51,253 bases of DNA from an uncultured Pedosphaera sp. (lineage in GTDB: Bacteria > Verrucomicrobiota > Verrucomicrobiia > Limisphaerales > UBA1100). How positions within the stretch are numbered: the first letter of the stretch is position 1; each line of letters starts with the position of its first letter. The notes below the pieces were generated by a model. It was not told the DNA's origin. It searched no databases and worked only from the letters and a program-made list of their open reading frames with translations. Positions 8,953 to 18,966 of the stretch are shown here, one piece after another. The stretch lies in assembly GCA_964533265.1 (NCBI GenBank), contig CAZHJW010000001.1:1-51253 (forward strand), written 5' to 3'. Made by a program: the position numbers and the translations under genes.

Positions 8953-9690
8953 TTATGCTGCCTCCTGTTGTTTGGTGTCTGGCATGGTTAGGTTGCGAAA
9001 GAGGTCGTCTAGTTTGTCGGTGGGGCTTTGTGCGATGAGCTCCTTGGGTGTGCCATTGGCAACAATCCTGCCCTGATCGATGATGATGGCGCGTGTGCAG
9101 GCCGCGTCCACCTCTTCAAGTATGTGGGTGGAAAAGACAATTGCTTTTGTTTCACCCAAACGTTTGATTAGTTGCCGGGCTTCATGTTTCTGGTTTGGGT
9201 CCAGGCCGTCTGTGGGCTCATCCAGAATAAGCACCTCCGGATCATGCAAGAGTGCCTGTGCCAGACAGGTGCGGTGGGTATATCCTTTTGAGAGTGTGTC
9301 AATCGATTGCAGGCGTACCGGCTGCAGAAAACATAAATCCATTGAGTGGTCTACGGCCTTATCGCGTTCTGCCCCATCCATGCCTCTGACCTCGGCGGCA
9401 AAGCGAAGGAAGCCTTGCACCGTCATCTCCGGATAGGAAGGTGCATTTTCTGGAAGGTATCCGATTAGTGATTTTGCGGCCTCAGGGCTCTGAAGGATAC
9501 TGTGTTCACCAATTGTGGCGTCCCCGCTATCAGGCATAATGTAGCCAGTAATCATCCTCATGGTAGTGGATTTGCCGGCTCCGTTAGGACCAAGAAAGCC
9601 CAAGACCTCGCCCTTTTGCACCTCGAAACTTAAATTATCTACGGCGACATTTTCACCGAATGTTTTACGAAGATTATTCGCTTTAATCAT
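8953..9690 (-). CDS. ABC transporter ATP-binding protein, GldA-like
   Basis: GFLGPNGAGKSTTM, LSKGY signature, ILDEPTDGLDP, STHIL. Confidence 0.92.
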   Translation of the reverse strand: MIKANNLRKTFGENVAVDNLSFEVQKGEVLGFLGPNGAGKSTTMRMITGYIMPDSGDATIGEHSILQSPEAAKSLIGYLPENAPSYPEMTVQGFLRFAAEVRGMDGAERDKAVDHSMDLCFLQPVRLQSIDTLSKGYTHRTCLAQALLHDPEVLILDEPTDGLDPNQKHEARQLIKRLGETKAIVFSTHILEEVDAACTRAIIIDQGRIVANGTPKELIAQSPTDKLDDLFRNLTMPDTKQQEAA

Positions 9691-9826
9691 TTTTAATTAT
9701 TAATGATGTCTTTGCACCTTTCCGCAAAACGCGGGCGGGATTTATACAATATCTGCTGATAGAATCAACCCCTTGGAAGGTAAAAATTTATTAGGGTCGC
9801 CGGCAGCGGTAATGCGGGTCAACTTC

Positions 9827-11608
9827 TCAATCCAGTTTTTTCAGTTCCGCCTTAATTTTGGCCTTAACATCTGCTTCAGTATCTTCTATTTTTGAAGCTT
9901 CTAAGATATATTTACGCGCACGTTTCTTGTCCTTGAGGGCGGCGTATATCATTCCCAAATGCAACAAAATCTCGGGATCTGGCTCTTCAGTTCCCTTTAG
10001 GGCTTTTAATTGCCACTCAAGTGCATCTTTAAGTTCACCGCGCCTGTAATAGACCCAGGCTAAACTGTCCATGTAGGCGGAGTTATCAGGAGTTACCTTT
10101 AATGCTCGTCTTATAAACTCTTCGGCTTCTTTAAGGTTTTCATTTCGGTCGGCCCACATATAGCCTAGGTAATTTAATGCGGTAGCATAGTCGGGCTTAA
10201 GTTTAATGGATTGCCTGAAATATTTTTCAGCTTCTTCGTACTTCTTGGCTCTTTCGGCAGTAGATCCAAGTTGAAAATATAATATGTGGGTAAGGCGATC
10301 AGGCTCAGCCTTTCTCGCTAGACCCTCGGCATCCAATAATTCCTCGTGAGCTTCAAGGTATTCCTTTTTCTCCAAATGAATCATGGCCGAGAAGTAGGGC
10401 TGCATGAAATTGGCCTTAAATCGTGATTTTGCATTTCTCAACGCATCACGTGCTTCCTCGACTTTTTCGTCAGCCAAAAGCGCGGATACCAAATCATAAT
10501 GAACTGATTCAAGTCTGCGATTTAGTTTAATCACTTCCCGGTAATGTTTAACTGCTAGGGGGTATTCCTCCTGATCCATTGCAATAGCCGCACGCAATTG
10601 ATGTCCTTGCCAGACACGCGGAAACTTTTTAGTCATCACATCCAAATGTAATTTGGCTTGATCCATGTCTCCTCCCATGGCGTGTTCTCTCGCGGTCTCT
10701 AATAACACCATGGGATTATCCGGGAGGATCTTTAAAAGAGATTCCATAGCTTCCGCGGCCTGTTTATGCGCACCGGCTAATCGATACCCACGCGCAATTT
10801 GCTCTAACTCGACTGGTTTCTTTGGTTTGCTGGCCCAGGCGTTATCAAGCATTTTGCGGATTTTAGGTTCCAGTTCTTTGGATGATTCTTTGTCGATGGA
10901 AAGGTATTCTGCCATCATCAAAGCTAGCCCAATTTGAAATGGGATCGTGGCGTCCTTTTGGGCCATTGCTTGGTCGAGAACCTCCCGTATTTGCTTCGCT
11001 CTTTTCGCCCCGGTTTGCATTTCATAGCGAAAGACCTGCATTAACGACTTGTAGCCAACGATTGATTTGGGGGATTTTTTGATTGCATGATTTGCTGCAA
11101 CCTTTGCCAGCTCGGGATTCTTTTTTTCCAGGTATGTCGCAGCAAGCAGGGCGTGTAAATCGGCTGGCGCTGCAGGATTCTTGGTGGCTTCAACCAGCAG
11201 TTTGAATGCTTTATCTCGTTGGCGCGCAGCCACGAGCATCTGAACTACCTCCATCATTACTTTTTGGTTGGATGGGTCGGCAAGCGCAGACTGGTAGTAT
11301 TCGTTTAAAGCTTCCAGTTCCTCGCCACGCTCCCTGTGGGCAGTTGCAGCTGCGTAATGTGCCATGGAACGGATTTGCCGTTCCATTTTGGCTTCTTCAG
11401 CCTCTGCTTTTTGATCAGGTGTTGGTTCCGCCTTTTTAGGTTTGCTATCAGGCTTATTAAACGCTGGCTTAAGAACGCCGGCTTGCTCAAGTGCTGGGCC
11501 TGCAGTTTCGTGCGGAGGGCGATCGGTTGGCACGGCACACCCTGGGGAGGCCGTGGTCACTACAGCCATTGCAACGAAAAAAATTGCGTAAACGAATACT
11601 TTCCTCAT
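9827..11608 (-). CDS. Tetratricopeptide-repeat envelope protein (possible lipoprotein)
   Basis: Signal peptide ending ASPGC; C-terminal ALNYLGYMWAD...AYMDSLAWVYYRRG TPR motif. ATG at 11608 preferred over TTG at 11653. Confidence 0.85.
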   Translation of the reverse strand: MRKVFVYAIFFVAMAVVTTASPGCAVPTDRPPHETAGPALEQAGVLKPAFNKPDSKPKKAEPTPDQKAEAEEAKMERQIRSMAHYAAATAHRERGEELEALNEYYQSALADPSNQKVMMEVVQMLVAARQRDKAFKLLVEATKNPAAPADLHALLAATYLEKKNPELAKVAANHAIKKSPKSIVGYKSLMQVFRYEMQTGAKRAKQIREVLDQAMAQKDATIPFQIGLALMMAEYLSIDKESSKELEPKIRKMLDNAWASKPKKPVELEQIARGYRLAGAHKQAAEAMESLLKILPDNPMVLLETAREHAMGGDMDQAKLHLDVMTKKFPRVWQGHQLRAAIAMDQEEYPLAVKHYREVIKLNRRLESVHYDLVSALLADEKVEEARDALRNAKSRFKANFMQPYFSAMIHLEKKEYLEAHEELLDAEGLARKAEPDRLTHILYFQLGSTAERAKKYEEAEKYFRQSIKLKPDYATALNYLGYMWADRNENLKEAEEFIRRALKVTPDNSAYMDSLAWVYYRRGELKDALEWQLKALKGTEEPDPEILLHLGMIYAALKDKKRARKYILEASKIEDTEADVKAKIKAELKKLD

Positions 11609-11657
11609 GAGCCCCGCTATTTGGGCACATACCACATGAATGGGGAAGCGCAAATTA

Positions 11658-11675
11658 CGGACACAACGGTGTCCG
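11658..11675 (-). terminator. Hairpin downstream of the bS22-like ORF (weak terminator or processing site)
   Basis: CGGACAC-AACG-GTGTCCG perfect 7-bp stem, followed on the minus strand by TAATTT. Confidence 0.45.
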
Positions 11676-11681
11676 GAGCAC

Positions 11682-11777
11682 CTACCGCTTGCGTTTCTTG
11701 TGGCGGTTTGCCCGTGAAGCTTTTCGACGCTTGTGTTTGTTGATTTTGGCCTTACGCCGTTTCTTTAATGATCCCAT
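11682..11777 (-). CDS. Small basic protein, bS22 / AURKAIP1-COX24 family-like (putative 30S ribosomal protein)
   Basis: Manual translation MGSLKKRRKAKINKHKRRKASRANRHKKRKR* (31 aa); MGS..KKRRK...KHKR.K pattern of this family; fills the hisG-TPR gap. Confidence 0.85.
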   Translation of the reverse strand: MGSLKKRRKAKINKHKRRKASRANRHKKRKR

Positions 11778-11806
11778 GTGTTCGTTATGTTTTCTTCTGT
11801 GAGAGT

Positions 11807-12691
11807 CTAATAAACAATCTTATTTAAAGGGTATTCCACAATCCCTTCGGCACCTGATGCCTTGAGTTCAGGTATGATTTCCCTGACAACGTGCTCGTCG
11901 ATAACAGTGTCGACTGCAACCCACCCCTTTTGGGCAAGCTGATTGACTGTTGGATTACGAAGTGAAGGCAGTGTTTCGAGGAGTGCGCCCAAGTTGGATT
12001 GTTTGATATTCAGCTTGAGGCCTACCTTGGTTTCCGCATCAATTGCTCCTCGCAGCAGCATAGCCATAGTCTCAATTTTATTCCTCTTCCATTCGTTTTT
12101 CCACGACGTCTTGTTGGCGATGAGGCGAGGCGTGCTGCTCATGAGCTCTTCCACAATGCGGAGATTGTTTGCTCGCAAGCTGTTGCCAGTTTCAGTGACT
12201 TCAACTATTGCGTCGACAAGTTCATGTGCCTTAACCTCGGTGGCTCCCCAGGAAAACTCAACATCTGCCCTGACCTTATTCTTCTTTAGCCAGCGTTTAG
12301 TCATTCCGACAACTTCGGTGGCAATGAGTTTGCCTTCGAGGTCTTTAACGGACTTAATCTTCGACTTCTCAGGAACTGCAAGAACCCACCGTGCTGGCCG
12401 ACGTGTTGACTTACTGAACAGGAATTCTCCGACTTCCACGACCTTAGAGTTGTTCTCTTGAATCCAGTCCAGACCAGTTATTCCACAATCAAGGTATCCG
12501 CGTTCAACATAAATACTCATTTCCTGAGCCCGAATCGTCCGGATATTCAACTCTTCATCATCCACGTAAGGTATGTAGGAGCGACTGCTGACGCTTACGT
12601 TCCAGCCGGCCTTGGCCAGTTTCTCAACGGTTGCATCTTGTAGGCTTCCTTTCGGTAGGCCAAATTTCAATTTATTTTTGTTTCGGCTCAT
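11807..12691 (-). CDS. hisG: ATP phosphoribosyltransferase (long form)
   Basis: [38 protein letters not shown] and a C-terminal regulatory domain ending [13 protein letters not shown]. Confidence 0.95.
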   Translation of the reverse strand: MSRNKNKLKFGLPKGSLQDATVEKLAKAGWNVSVSSRSYIPYVDDEELNIRTIRAQEMSIYVERGYLDCGITGLDWIQENNSKVVEVGEFLFSKSTRRPARWVLAVPEKSKIKSVKDLEGKLIATEVVGMTKRWLKKNKVRADVEFSWGATEVKAHELVDAIVEVTETGNSLRANNLRIVEELMSSTPRLIANKTSWKNEWKRNKIETMAMLLRGAIDAETKVGLKLNIKQSNLGALLETLPSLRNPTVNQLAQKGWVAVDTVIDEHVVREIIPELKASGAEGIVEYPLNKIVY

Positions 12692-12789
12692 GCGGGAAAA
12701 GAACCCTGTCACGTGTATCATTCAGCGCGAGCCGGTTGGTTTGCCATTGTATCTCATGAAATGCGAATCAATTCTCATTTTTTCTCAGT

Positions 12790-13419
12790 TTACGCCGTTA
12801 AGCGGTGCGTGCGTCTCCCTTTTAGTGTGATGTCCCCACGTGCGATGTCTGCGATTGCCTTGGGGTAAATACGATATTCTGCCTGATGGATTCTATCTAA
12901 AAGTTCCTCTGAGGTATCGTTATCAAGAATCGGGACAGTTTCTTGGGCTATGATGGCGCCTGAATCAATTCCTTGCTCCACGAAATGGACGGTAGCGCCT
13001 GTGTGTTTTACTCCGTAATCCAACGCTTGTTGCCATGCTTCAAGCCCCGGGAAGGAAGGCAAGAGCGATGGATGAATATTCACTACTTTTCCGGTAAAAC
13101 ATTTTAGAAATTCTCCTTTCAGTATTCGCATAAAACCAGCCATAACAACCAAGTTTACACCTGCCTCTTGCAGGGCGTTTACATATGTTTTTTCTGCATC
13201 TTCATCCATTTTAGTGCGGTAATTACCTGGATCAATGAAGCGTGTCGCTATTCCCATCCTGTTTGCATGGCACAAAATCTCAGCTTCCTTGGAATCGCTT
13301 AAAACTAAAGCAATTTTTGCGGGAACTTCACCTCGTTCTATTGCTTCAGCAATGGCTATGAAATTGCTCCCGTTGCCCGAGCCTAATATCCCGAGTCGAA
13401 ATGTATCGCTGGCACCCAT
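12790..13419 (-). CDS. purN: Phosphoribosylglycinamide formyltransferase
   Basis: SGNGSN, AGFMRIL, NIHPSLLPSFPG, GATVHFV..GIDSG. Confidence 0.96.
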   Translation of the reverse strand: MGASDTFRLGILGSGNGSNFIAIAEAIERGEVPAKIALVLSDSKEAEILCHANRMGIATRFIDPGNYRTKMDEDAEKTYVNALQEAGVNLVVMAGFMRILKGEFLKCFTGKVVNIHPSLLPSFPGLEAWQQALDYGVKHTGATVHFVEQGIDSGAIIAQETVPILDNDTSEELLDRIHQAEYRIYPKAIADIARGDITLKGRRTHRLTA

Positions 13420-13504
13420 TCTATAACCAGAAGCTACACAAGTGTTCCGTTCTCAGCAAACAAATCCGTTGCTCTTAAAGTTACTCCGTTTTACCGTTGG
13501 GTTC

Positions 13505-16312
13505 ATGCATGCAACTGTTACTTGGGCATTGGGGCTTCTGCTGTTGGAAAGCGGCTTGATGGCTGCAGAAATACGCCCGCCAGGGGTTCGCCCCGAGGCT
13601 TTGGGAATACACGCTCTAACCGGGGGCCGGGTTTTCATCAAGCCTGGTTTGGTTTCAGAAGGTGCAACAATTTTAATTAAGACTGGTCGTATTGAAAACG
13701 TATTATCCAAGGAAAATTCTGTAATTCCAGAAGGCTATCGGGTGTGGGATCTTAAGGGCAAAACCGTCTATGCGGGTTTCGTTGAGCCGTATATTTCATC
13801 CGGCGAGAAGGCTAGGCCTGTCTCGAATCGCTGGGTAACTCCAATCGATGCTAGAGCAGGCGTTAATTTTAAAGGTCTTCCCACTACCAAAGAGGACATG
13901 GGTAAAAAGGGCCCTGGTTACGAAATTGCCGAGGTCCAGCCTCATCATAAAGTATCTGACACATTTACACCGGATCAGGAAGTGTTTTCAAAACTCCGGC
14001 AACTGGGTTTCACAGCGGCAAATTTTATACCAACTGACGGGATTATTCGTGGAAGTGGCGCTCTTGCCCTACTTGGGGATGGAGATCCGAATGACCTAAT
14101 ACTGATACCCAAAACAACACAGCATTTAGCATTTGAACCTGGTAAAGAATATCCCAAGTCATTGATGGGCGTGATTGCGGTGATTCGCCAGACGACGTTT
14201 GATACTCAACATTATATTCGAATGCAAACATGGTCGTCTAAAAACCCCGGAGGAATCCGGTCGGAATATAACCCTGCCCTGCAGTCTATGACTCAAGTCA
14301 TTGGGGTGGAGAAAAAACAATTAGCGGTCGTAGAACCTGGTAGCGTGCTCATGATTTCACGAACAGCAAAGTTGGCTGAAGAGCTAGGTATAGTTCCGGT
14401 GATTGTGGCAACAGGCCACGAATGGCGCCGTCCTGATATTTTAACAAAGGTTAATTTCCCTTTCATTGTGCCGGTTAATTTTCCAGCAGTTCCTGAATTG
14501 CCTGACGAAGAGGATTGGAAGGAGGTGTCTTTGGATGAATTGCGTTCATGGGATTGGGCCCCTGAAGTTCCGTCACTTATAACGGCAGGCAGCAGGGATG
14601 TGGCCCTTACGTTGCACGGCCTTTCAGATCACGCGGATTTCCGTAAAAATATTCGTCACGCCATTGATCGTGGATTAAAGGAGGAAGACGCCCTCGCCGG
14701 TTTGACCACAGTACCCGCTAAGCTGACAGGGTCCTCAGATTTTCTAGGTACAATAGAAAAAGGTCGAATAGCTAATTTGACAATAGTGGAGGGGGGGAGC
14801 TGGTTTGATCCTGACAATCCAGTCTCATCAGTATGGATTGAAGGCCGGAACTACCCAATTGATAAGCCGAAGTCAGGCAAGGGAAAGAAAGGGCGATCCG
14901 ATCTATCTAAAAAGAAAGACAAGGCTCGAGTGGCGAAAGCTCCGGGCAACTACCGCGGTCCACTTAAAAGACCTGATACCATTGTTATTCGAAATGCGAC
15001 GATATGGACCTGTGGTCCAGCAGGTGTGATCACTAATTCTAGTATTCGAATCACAAATGGTCGAATAAGCGCAATTGGCGATGTTATTGGCCCAAACCTT
15101 ACTCCCGACACGCTTTTGATTGATGGAACGGGAAAGCATATTACTCCTGGATTAATTGATTGCCACAGTCACAGCATGATTCTTGGAGGTGTCAATGAGG
15201 GCACCCTGCCCTCTTCGGCCATGGTGCGAATTTCTGATGTAGTTAATTCTGAGACTGAAAATATATATCGCCAGTTGGCCGGCGGGCTTACCACCGCTAA
15301 CCTTCTCCATGGTTCAGCCAATCCTATTGGGGGCCAGAATGCTGTTATTAAGTTACGTCACGGAGAACTACCTGATGACCTAATATTCAAGGAAGCCCCG
15401 CCCGGGATTAAATTTGCCTTGGGGGAGAACGTGAAACAGTCAAACTGGGGTGATGAAAAGAAAACTCGTTTCCCTCAAACACGTATGGGAGTGAAGACAT
15501 TTTTCATTAATCGATTTACGGCAGCCCGCCAGTACGTTGCGCTCTTGAGTCGAAAAGCTGAAGAGTCACCTCCTGTTCGTCGCAATCTTGAATTGGAGGC
15601 GTTGAGTCAAATAATAAATGGAGAACGCCTTATTCATTGTCATTCTTACCGGCAGGATGAGATGCTTGTTTTTCTTCGCACAATGGAGCGCTTTGGTGTT
15701 CGGGTTGGCACTTTGCAGCACGTATTGGAGGGCTACAAGATAGCTGATGAAATCGCAGCTCATGGAGCAGGCGCTTCAAGCTTTTCGGATTGGTGGGCTT
15801 ACAAATTTGAGGTATATGATGCTATTCCTTACAACGGGTCATTGCTTCAAGAACGGGGAGCAGTGGTTAGTTTTAATTCGGATTCATCAGATTTAGCGCG
15901 TCGCATGAACCTAGAGGCGGCTAAGGCCGTTAAGTATGGTGGTACTACTGAAGAGGAGGCCTTAAAATTTGTGACCATTAATCCAGCTAAACAGCTCAAG
16001 ATAGATAAATGGGTAGGATCTCTCGAGGCAGGTAAACACGCGGATTTTGTTGTTTGGACAGGGCACCCACTGAGCACGCAAACCCTTTGCGAGGAAACCT
16101 GGATAGAAGGCAGCCAATACTATAGCCGTACCCATGACACAAAGCGCGCTAAATCAATCGCTCTTGAGCGTACGAACCTTTTGTTGAAGGCCAGGAAAAA
16201 TGAGGGCAAGGAAGAGGCCAGTGCCTCCGCACGAGAGGCTTTCTTTCGTCGAGCGATGGAAAAATCGCATTCTTTAAACAACTGTTATCAGTGCAGAAAG
16301 GGACAGCCGTGA
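13505..16312 (+). CDS. Secreted two-domain amidohydrolase-family protein
   Basis: C-terminal domain has PGLIDCHSH, IKFALGEN, HCHSY, LQH, NSD, TINPA, GSLEAGKHADFV; the N-terminal repeat of the fold lacks HxH. ATG at 13505 precedes a signal peptide. Confidence 0.88.
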   Translation: MHATVTWALGLLLLESGLMAAEIRPPGVRPEALGIHALTGGRVFIKPGLVSEGATILIKTGRIENVLSKENSVIPEGYRVWDLKGKTVYAGFVEPYISSGEKARPVSNRWVTPIDARAGVNFKGLPTTKEDMGKKGPGYEIAEVQPHHKVSDTFTPDQEVFSKLRQLGFTAANFIPTDGIIRGSGALALLGDGDPNDLILIPKTTQHLAFEPGKEYPKSLMGVIAVIRQTTFDTQHYIRMQTWSSKNPGGIRSEYNPALQSMTQVIGVEKKQLAVVEPGSVLMISRTAKLAEELGIVPVIVATGHEWRRPDILTKVNFPFIVPVNFPAVPELPDEEDWKEVSLDELRSWDWAPEVPSLITAGSRDVALTLHGLSDHADFRKNIRHAIDRGLKEEDALAGLTTVPAKLTGSSDFLGTIEKGRIANLTIVEGGSWFDPDNPVSSVWIEGRNYPIDKPKSGKGKKGRSDLSKKKDKARVAKAPGNYRGPLKRPDTIVIRNATIWTCGPAGVITNSSIRITNGRISAIGDVIGPNLTPDTLLIDGTGKHITPGLIDCHSHSMILGGVNEGTLPSSAMVRISDVVNSETENIYRQLAGGLTTANLLHGSANPIGGQNAVIKLRHGELPDDLIFKEAPPGIKFALGENVKQSNWGDEKKTRFPQTRMGVKTFFINRFTAARQYVALLSRKAEESPPVRRNLELEALSQIINGERLIHCHSYRQDEMLVFLRTMERFGVRVGTLQHVLEGYKIADEIAAHGAGASSFSDWWAYKFEVYDAIPYNGSLLQERGAVVSFNSDSSDLARRMNLEAAKAVKYGGTTEEEALKFVTINPAKQLKIDKWVGSLEAGKHADFVVWTGHPLSTQTLCEETWIEGSQYYSRTHDTKRAKSIALERTNLLLKARKNEGKEEASASAREAFFRRAMEKSHSLNNCYQCRKGQP

Positions 16313-17604
16313 AAGAATTGATACTGTTATTTGGCGTTGCTCTAGCGGCTCAGGCAGAGCTCGTTCTCTATAAGTGTGCTATGATTCACACGGCTGATCA
16401 AGTGAGTATAAAGGATGGTCAAATGCTCGTGAAAGATGGCGAGATTTTGGAGGTTGGAACTAATATAAACCACCCTGGGGGAGCGCGGAATGTAGACCTC
16501 GGAAAGCTCCAACTCTATCCCGGGCTAATTGCCGCAGCCACATCTCTGGGACTGACTGAAATTAATGCGGTGCGCGCGACGCAAGATACCACTGAGGTCG
16601 GTGATTTTACACCCGACGTGGAAGCGTGGGTTTCAGTTAATCCTGACTCCGAGCTTATTCCTGTAGCTCGGGCTAATGGGTTTACTCATGTTTTAGTTGC
16701 GCCAATGGGTGGTGTTGTTAATGGAACCTCAGGTCTAATTAAAACATCAGGCTGGGGAGTTGAGGATATGACAGTGAAAGCGCGGGCAGCTCTTCACATC
16801 TGGTGGCCGACCTTGTCCATAAACACTAGGCCGAAGGAATCTTTGCGTGACCCTGACAAATACAAGTCACCGAAGGACCAAGCCCGGCAAAGGGAGAAAA
16901 AACTAAAAGAGATAGATCGCTTCTTCGATCAGGCAGAAGCGTACGCCAAGGCTCGGAAGGCGGACAAACAATTGGAAATTGTACCCGCATGGGAAGCTAT
17001 GCTGCCAGCGGTTAATGGCAAACACCCAATAATGATTCACGCAAATTACGAGCGCCAGATTACAAGCGCGTTAAAATGGGCAGCCAAAAGAAGCTATAAA
17101 ATAATCATCGCATCCGGCTTGGATGCCTGGCGGGTCGCAGATCAGTTGGCCAAGGAAAAGGTTCCGGTCATTTTAGACAATGTCTTTCGCCTGCCACAGA
17201 GAGATACTGACGGACATGATGCAAATTTCAAGGCAGCGGGCATCCTTAATAAGGCAGGAGTAAAAGTTGCCCATAGCGTTCGTATGGGTAACTGGGGGGC
17301 AACTGAAATACGAAACATAGTGTATGCTGCCGCTCGCTCGATGGCCTACGGACTTCCTAGAGATGATGCGTTGAAAAGCATCACTCTGAATCCGGCCCAA
17401 ATCCTTGGGGTAGGAAAAACACTTGGTTCATTGACTCCGGGAAAGGAGGCGACATTCATTGCTGTAGATGGTGATATATTTGACATACGGTCGAACGTGA
17501 AGTTTATGTGGGTCAAAGGAAAAGAGGTCAGTCTTCAAAGCCGGCATACGAGACTATATGAAAAATATCGGGAACGTCCGAAGCCCGAGGCGGTAAAGCG
17601 CTAA
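16309..17604 (+). CDS. Secreted amidohydrolase-fold protein, metal motif degenerate
   Basis: GTGA overlap with the previous gene; YPGLIAAATSLGL in place of PGLIDxHxH; TLNPAQILG, GSLTPGKEATF. Confidence 0.85.
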   Translation: MKELILLFGVALAAQAELVLYKCAMIHTADQVSIKDGQMLVKDGEILEVGTNINHPGGARNVDLGKLQLYPGLIAAATSLGLTEINAVRATQDTTEVGDFTPDVEAWVSVNPDSELIPVARANGFTHVLVAPMGGVVNGTSGLIKTSGWGVEDMTVKARAALHIWWPTLSINTRPKESLRDPDKYKSPKDQARQREKKLKEIDRFFDQAEAYAKARKADKQLEIVPAWEAMLPAVNGKHPIMIHANYERQITSALKWAAKRSYKIIIASGLDAWRVADQLAKEKVPVILDNVFRLPQRDTDGHDANFKAAGILNKAGVKVAHSVRMGNWGATEIRNIVYAAARSMAYGLPRDDALKSITLNPAQILGVGKTLGSLTPGKEATFIAVDGDIFDIRSNVKFMWVKGKEVSLQSRHTRLYEKYRERPKPEAVKR

Positions 17605-17660
17605 CAATGCATCAAATCAAGCGAGACAAGGCGAAGAAATACGCATTCTGTTGTGAAGGT

Positions 17661-18275
17661 TTAGCTCTTGGCTCCTTCATAGTTGGATCCAACTGTGTCC
17701 CAGTTTACCACGCTCCAAAACGCCTTCAGATAATCGGGGCGACGATTCTGGTATTTGAGATAATAGGCGTGCTCCCATACATCGCAACCCAGAATAGGCG
17801 TACGACCTTCCATTAAAGGGGTGTCCTGGTTGGGCGTGCTGCAAACACATAGGCTGCCGTCACCTTTTACACAAAGCCATGCCCATCCGCTACCGAAACG
17901 GGTGGCTCCTGCTGCCTCAAAGGCATCCTTGAACGCATCAAAACCACCTAGTTCAGACCCGATAGCCTCGGCTAGGATTCCGGAAGGCTCGCCCCCTCCG
18001 CCAGGGCTCATAATGTCCCAGAAGAGTGTATGGTTTGCGTGGCCACCGCCGTTGTTGCGTACAGCTCCCTGGATGTCCTTTGGAAGTGAATTAAGGTCGC
18101 TGACTAGTTCCTCGATAGATTTTCCAGCTAAATCATCGTGGCCTTCTAGGGCAGCATTCAGCTTGGCGATGTAGGTTGCGTGATGTTTCCCATGATGAAT
18201 CTCCATGGTTTGTGCATCAATGTGAGGTTCAAGCGCGTTATGCGCGTACGGTAAATCTGGTAATTCGTAAGCCAT
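17661..18275 (-). CDS. sodA: Superoxide dismutase, Mn-type signature
   Basis: [35 protein letters not shown]. Confidence 0.95.
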   Translation of the reverse strand: MAYELPDLPYAHNALEPHIDAQTMEIHHGKHHATYIAKLNAALEGHDDLAGKSIEELVSDLNSLPKDIQGAVRNNGGGHANHTLFWDIMSPGGGGEPSGILAEAIGSELGGFDAFKDAFEAAGATRFGSGWAWLCVKGDGSLCVCSTPNQDTPLMEGRTPILGCDVWEHAYYLKYQNRRPDYLKAFWSVVNWDTVGSNYEGAKS

Positions 18276-18339
18276 ACTAATAAGGGTTGTGCCCAGACTG
18301 TATCAATAGGCGACACATGGATGCAAGGGTTACAGGTGA

Positions 18340-18951
18340 CTATATCAAATTAACAAAATTAACCAGCAGCTTTATCCCAGCTTTTTGGCTTTTTTCTGGG
18401 TGGAACTGAGTGGCAAAAACGTTGTCCTTCCAAACCGCAGAGGAGAACTCGACTCCATAAGTTGTATGGGATGCGACAATAGATGGATCTCTTGGTTCCG
18501 GAAAATAACTATGCACAAAATAAAAATGGCTGCCTGAGTCAATTCCTCTGAATATGGGGCAATTTTGCTTTTGGATATTCACTTGATTCCATCCGATTTG
18601 AGGGATTTTTAACTTGGCATCGCTAAATCGCACTACTGTTCCCTGAAACACTCCCATTCCTGGAGAACAGGAGTTAAATTCCTCGCTTTTTTCAAAGAGT
18701 GCCTGATAGCCGACGCAGATCCCAAGAAATGGTTTTCCTGAAGCGATGAATTCACGGGTCGCCTCCAAAAGTTCCTGGCATTGCATGGCGTTAATGCAGT
18801 CGTCAAACGCGCCTACGCCCGGAAGGACAACCGCATCAGCCAACATAACTTTGTCAGGTGTGCTTACTAGTTGAACATCACCTCCAGCTGCAATCAATGC
18901 CTTGTGGACACTGCGGACATTGCCCGCGCCATAATCAAGTAGTGCAATCAT
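18340..18951 (-). CDS. hisH: Imidazole glycerol phosphate synthase glutaminase subunit
   Basis: DYGAGN, LPGVGAF, GICVGYQ, YFVHSY, QFHPEKS. Confidence 0.96.
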   Translation of the reverse strand: MIALLDYGAGNVRSVHKALIAAGGDVQLVSTPDKVMLADAVVLPGVGAFDDCINAMQCQELLEATREFIASGKPFLGICVGYQALFEKSEEFNSCSPGMGVFQGTVVRFSDAKLKIPQIGWNQVNIQKQNCPIFRGIDSGSHFYFVHSYFPEPRDPSIVASHTTYGVEFSSAVWKDNVFATQFHPEKSQKAGIKLLVNFVNLI

Positions 18952-18966
18952 GGTTGGCCATTTAAC

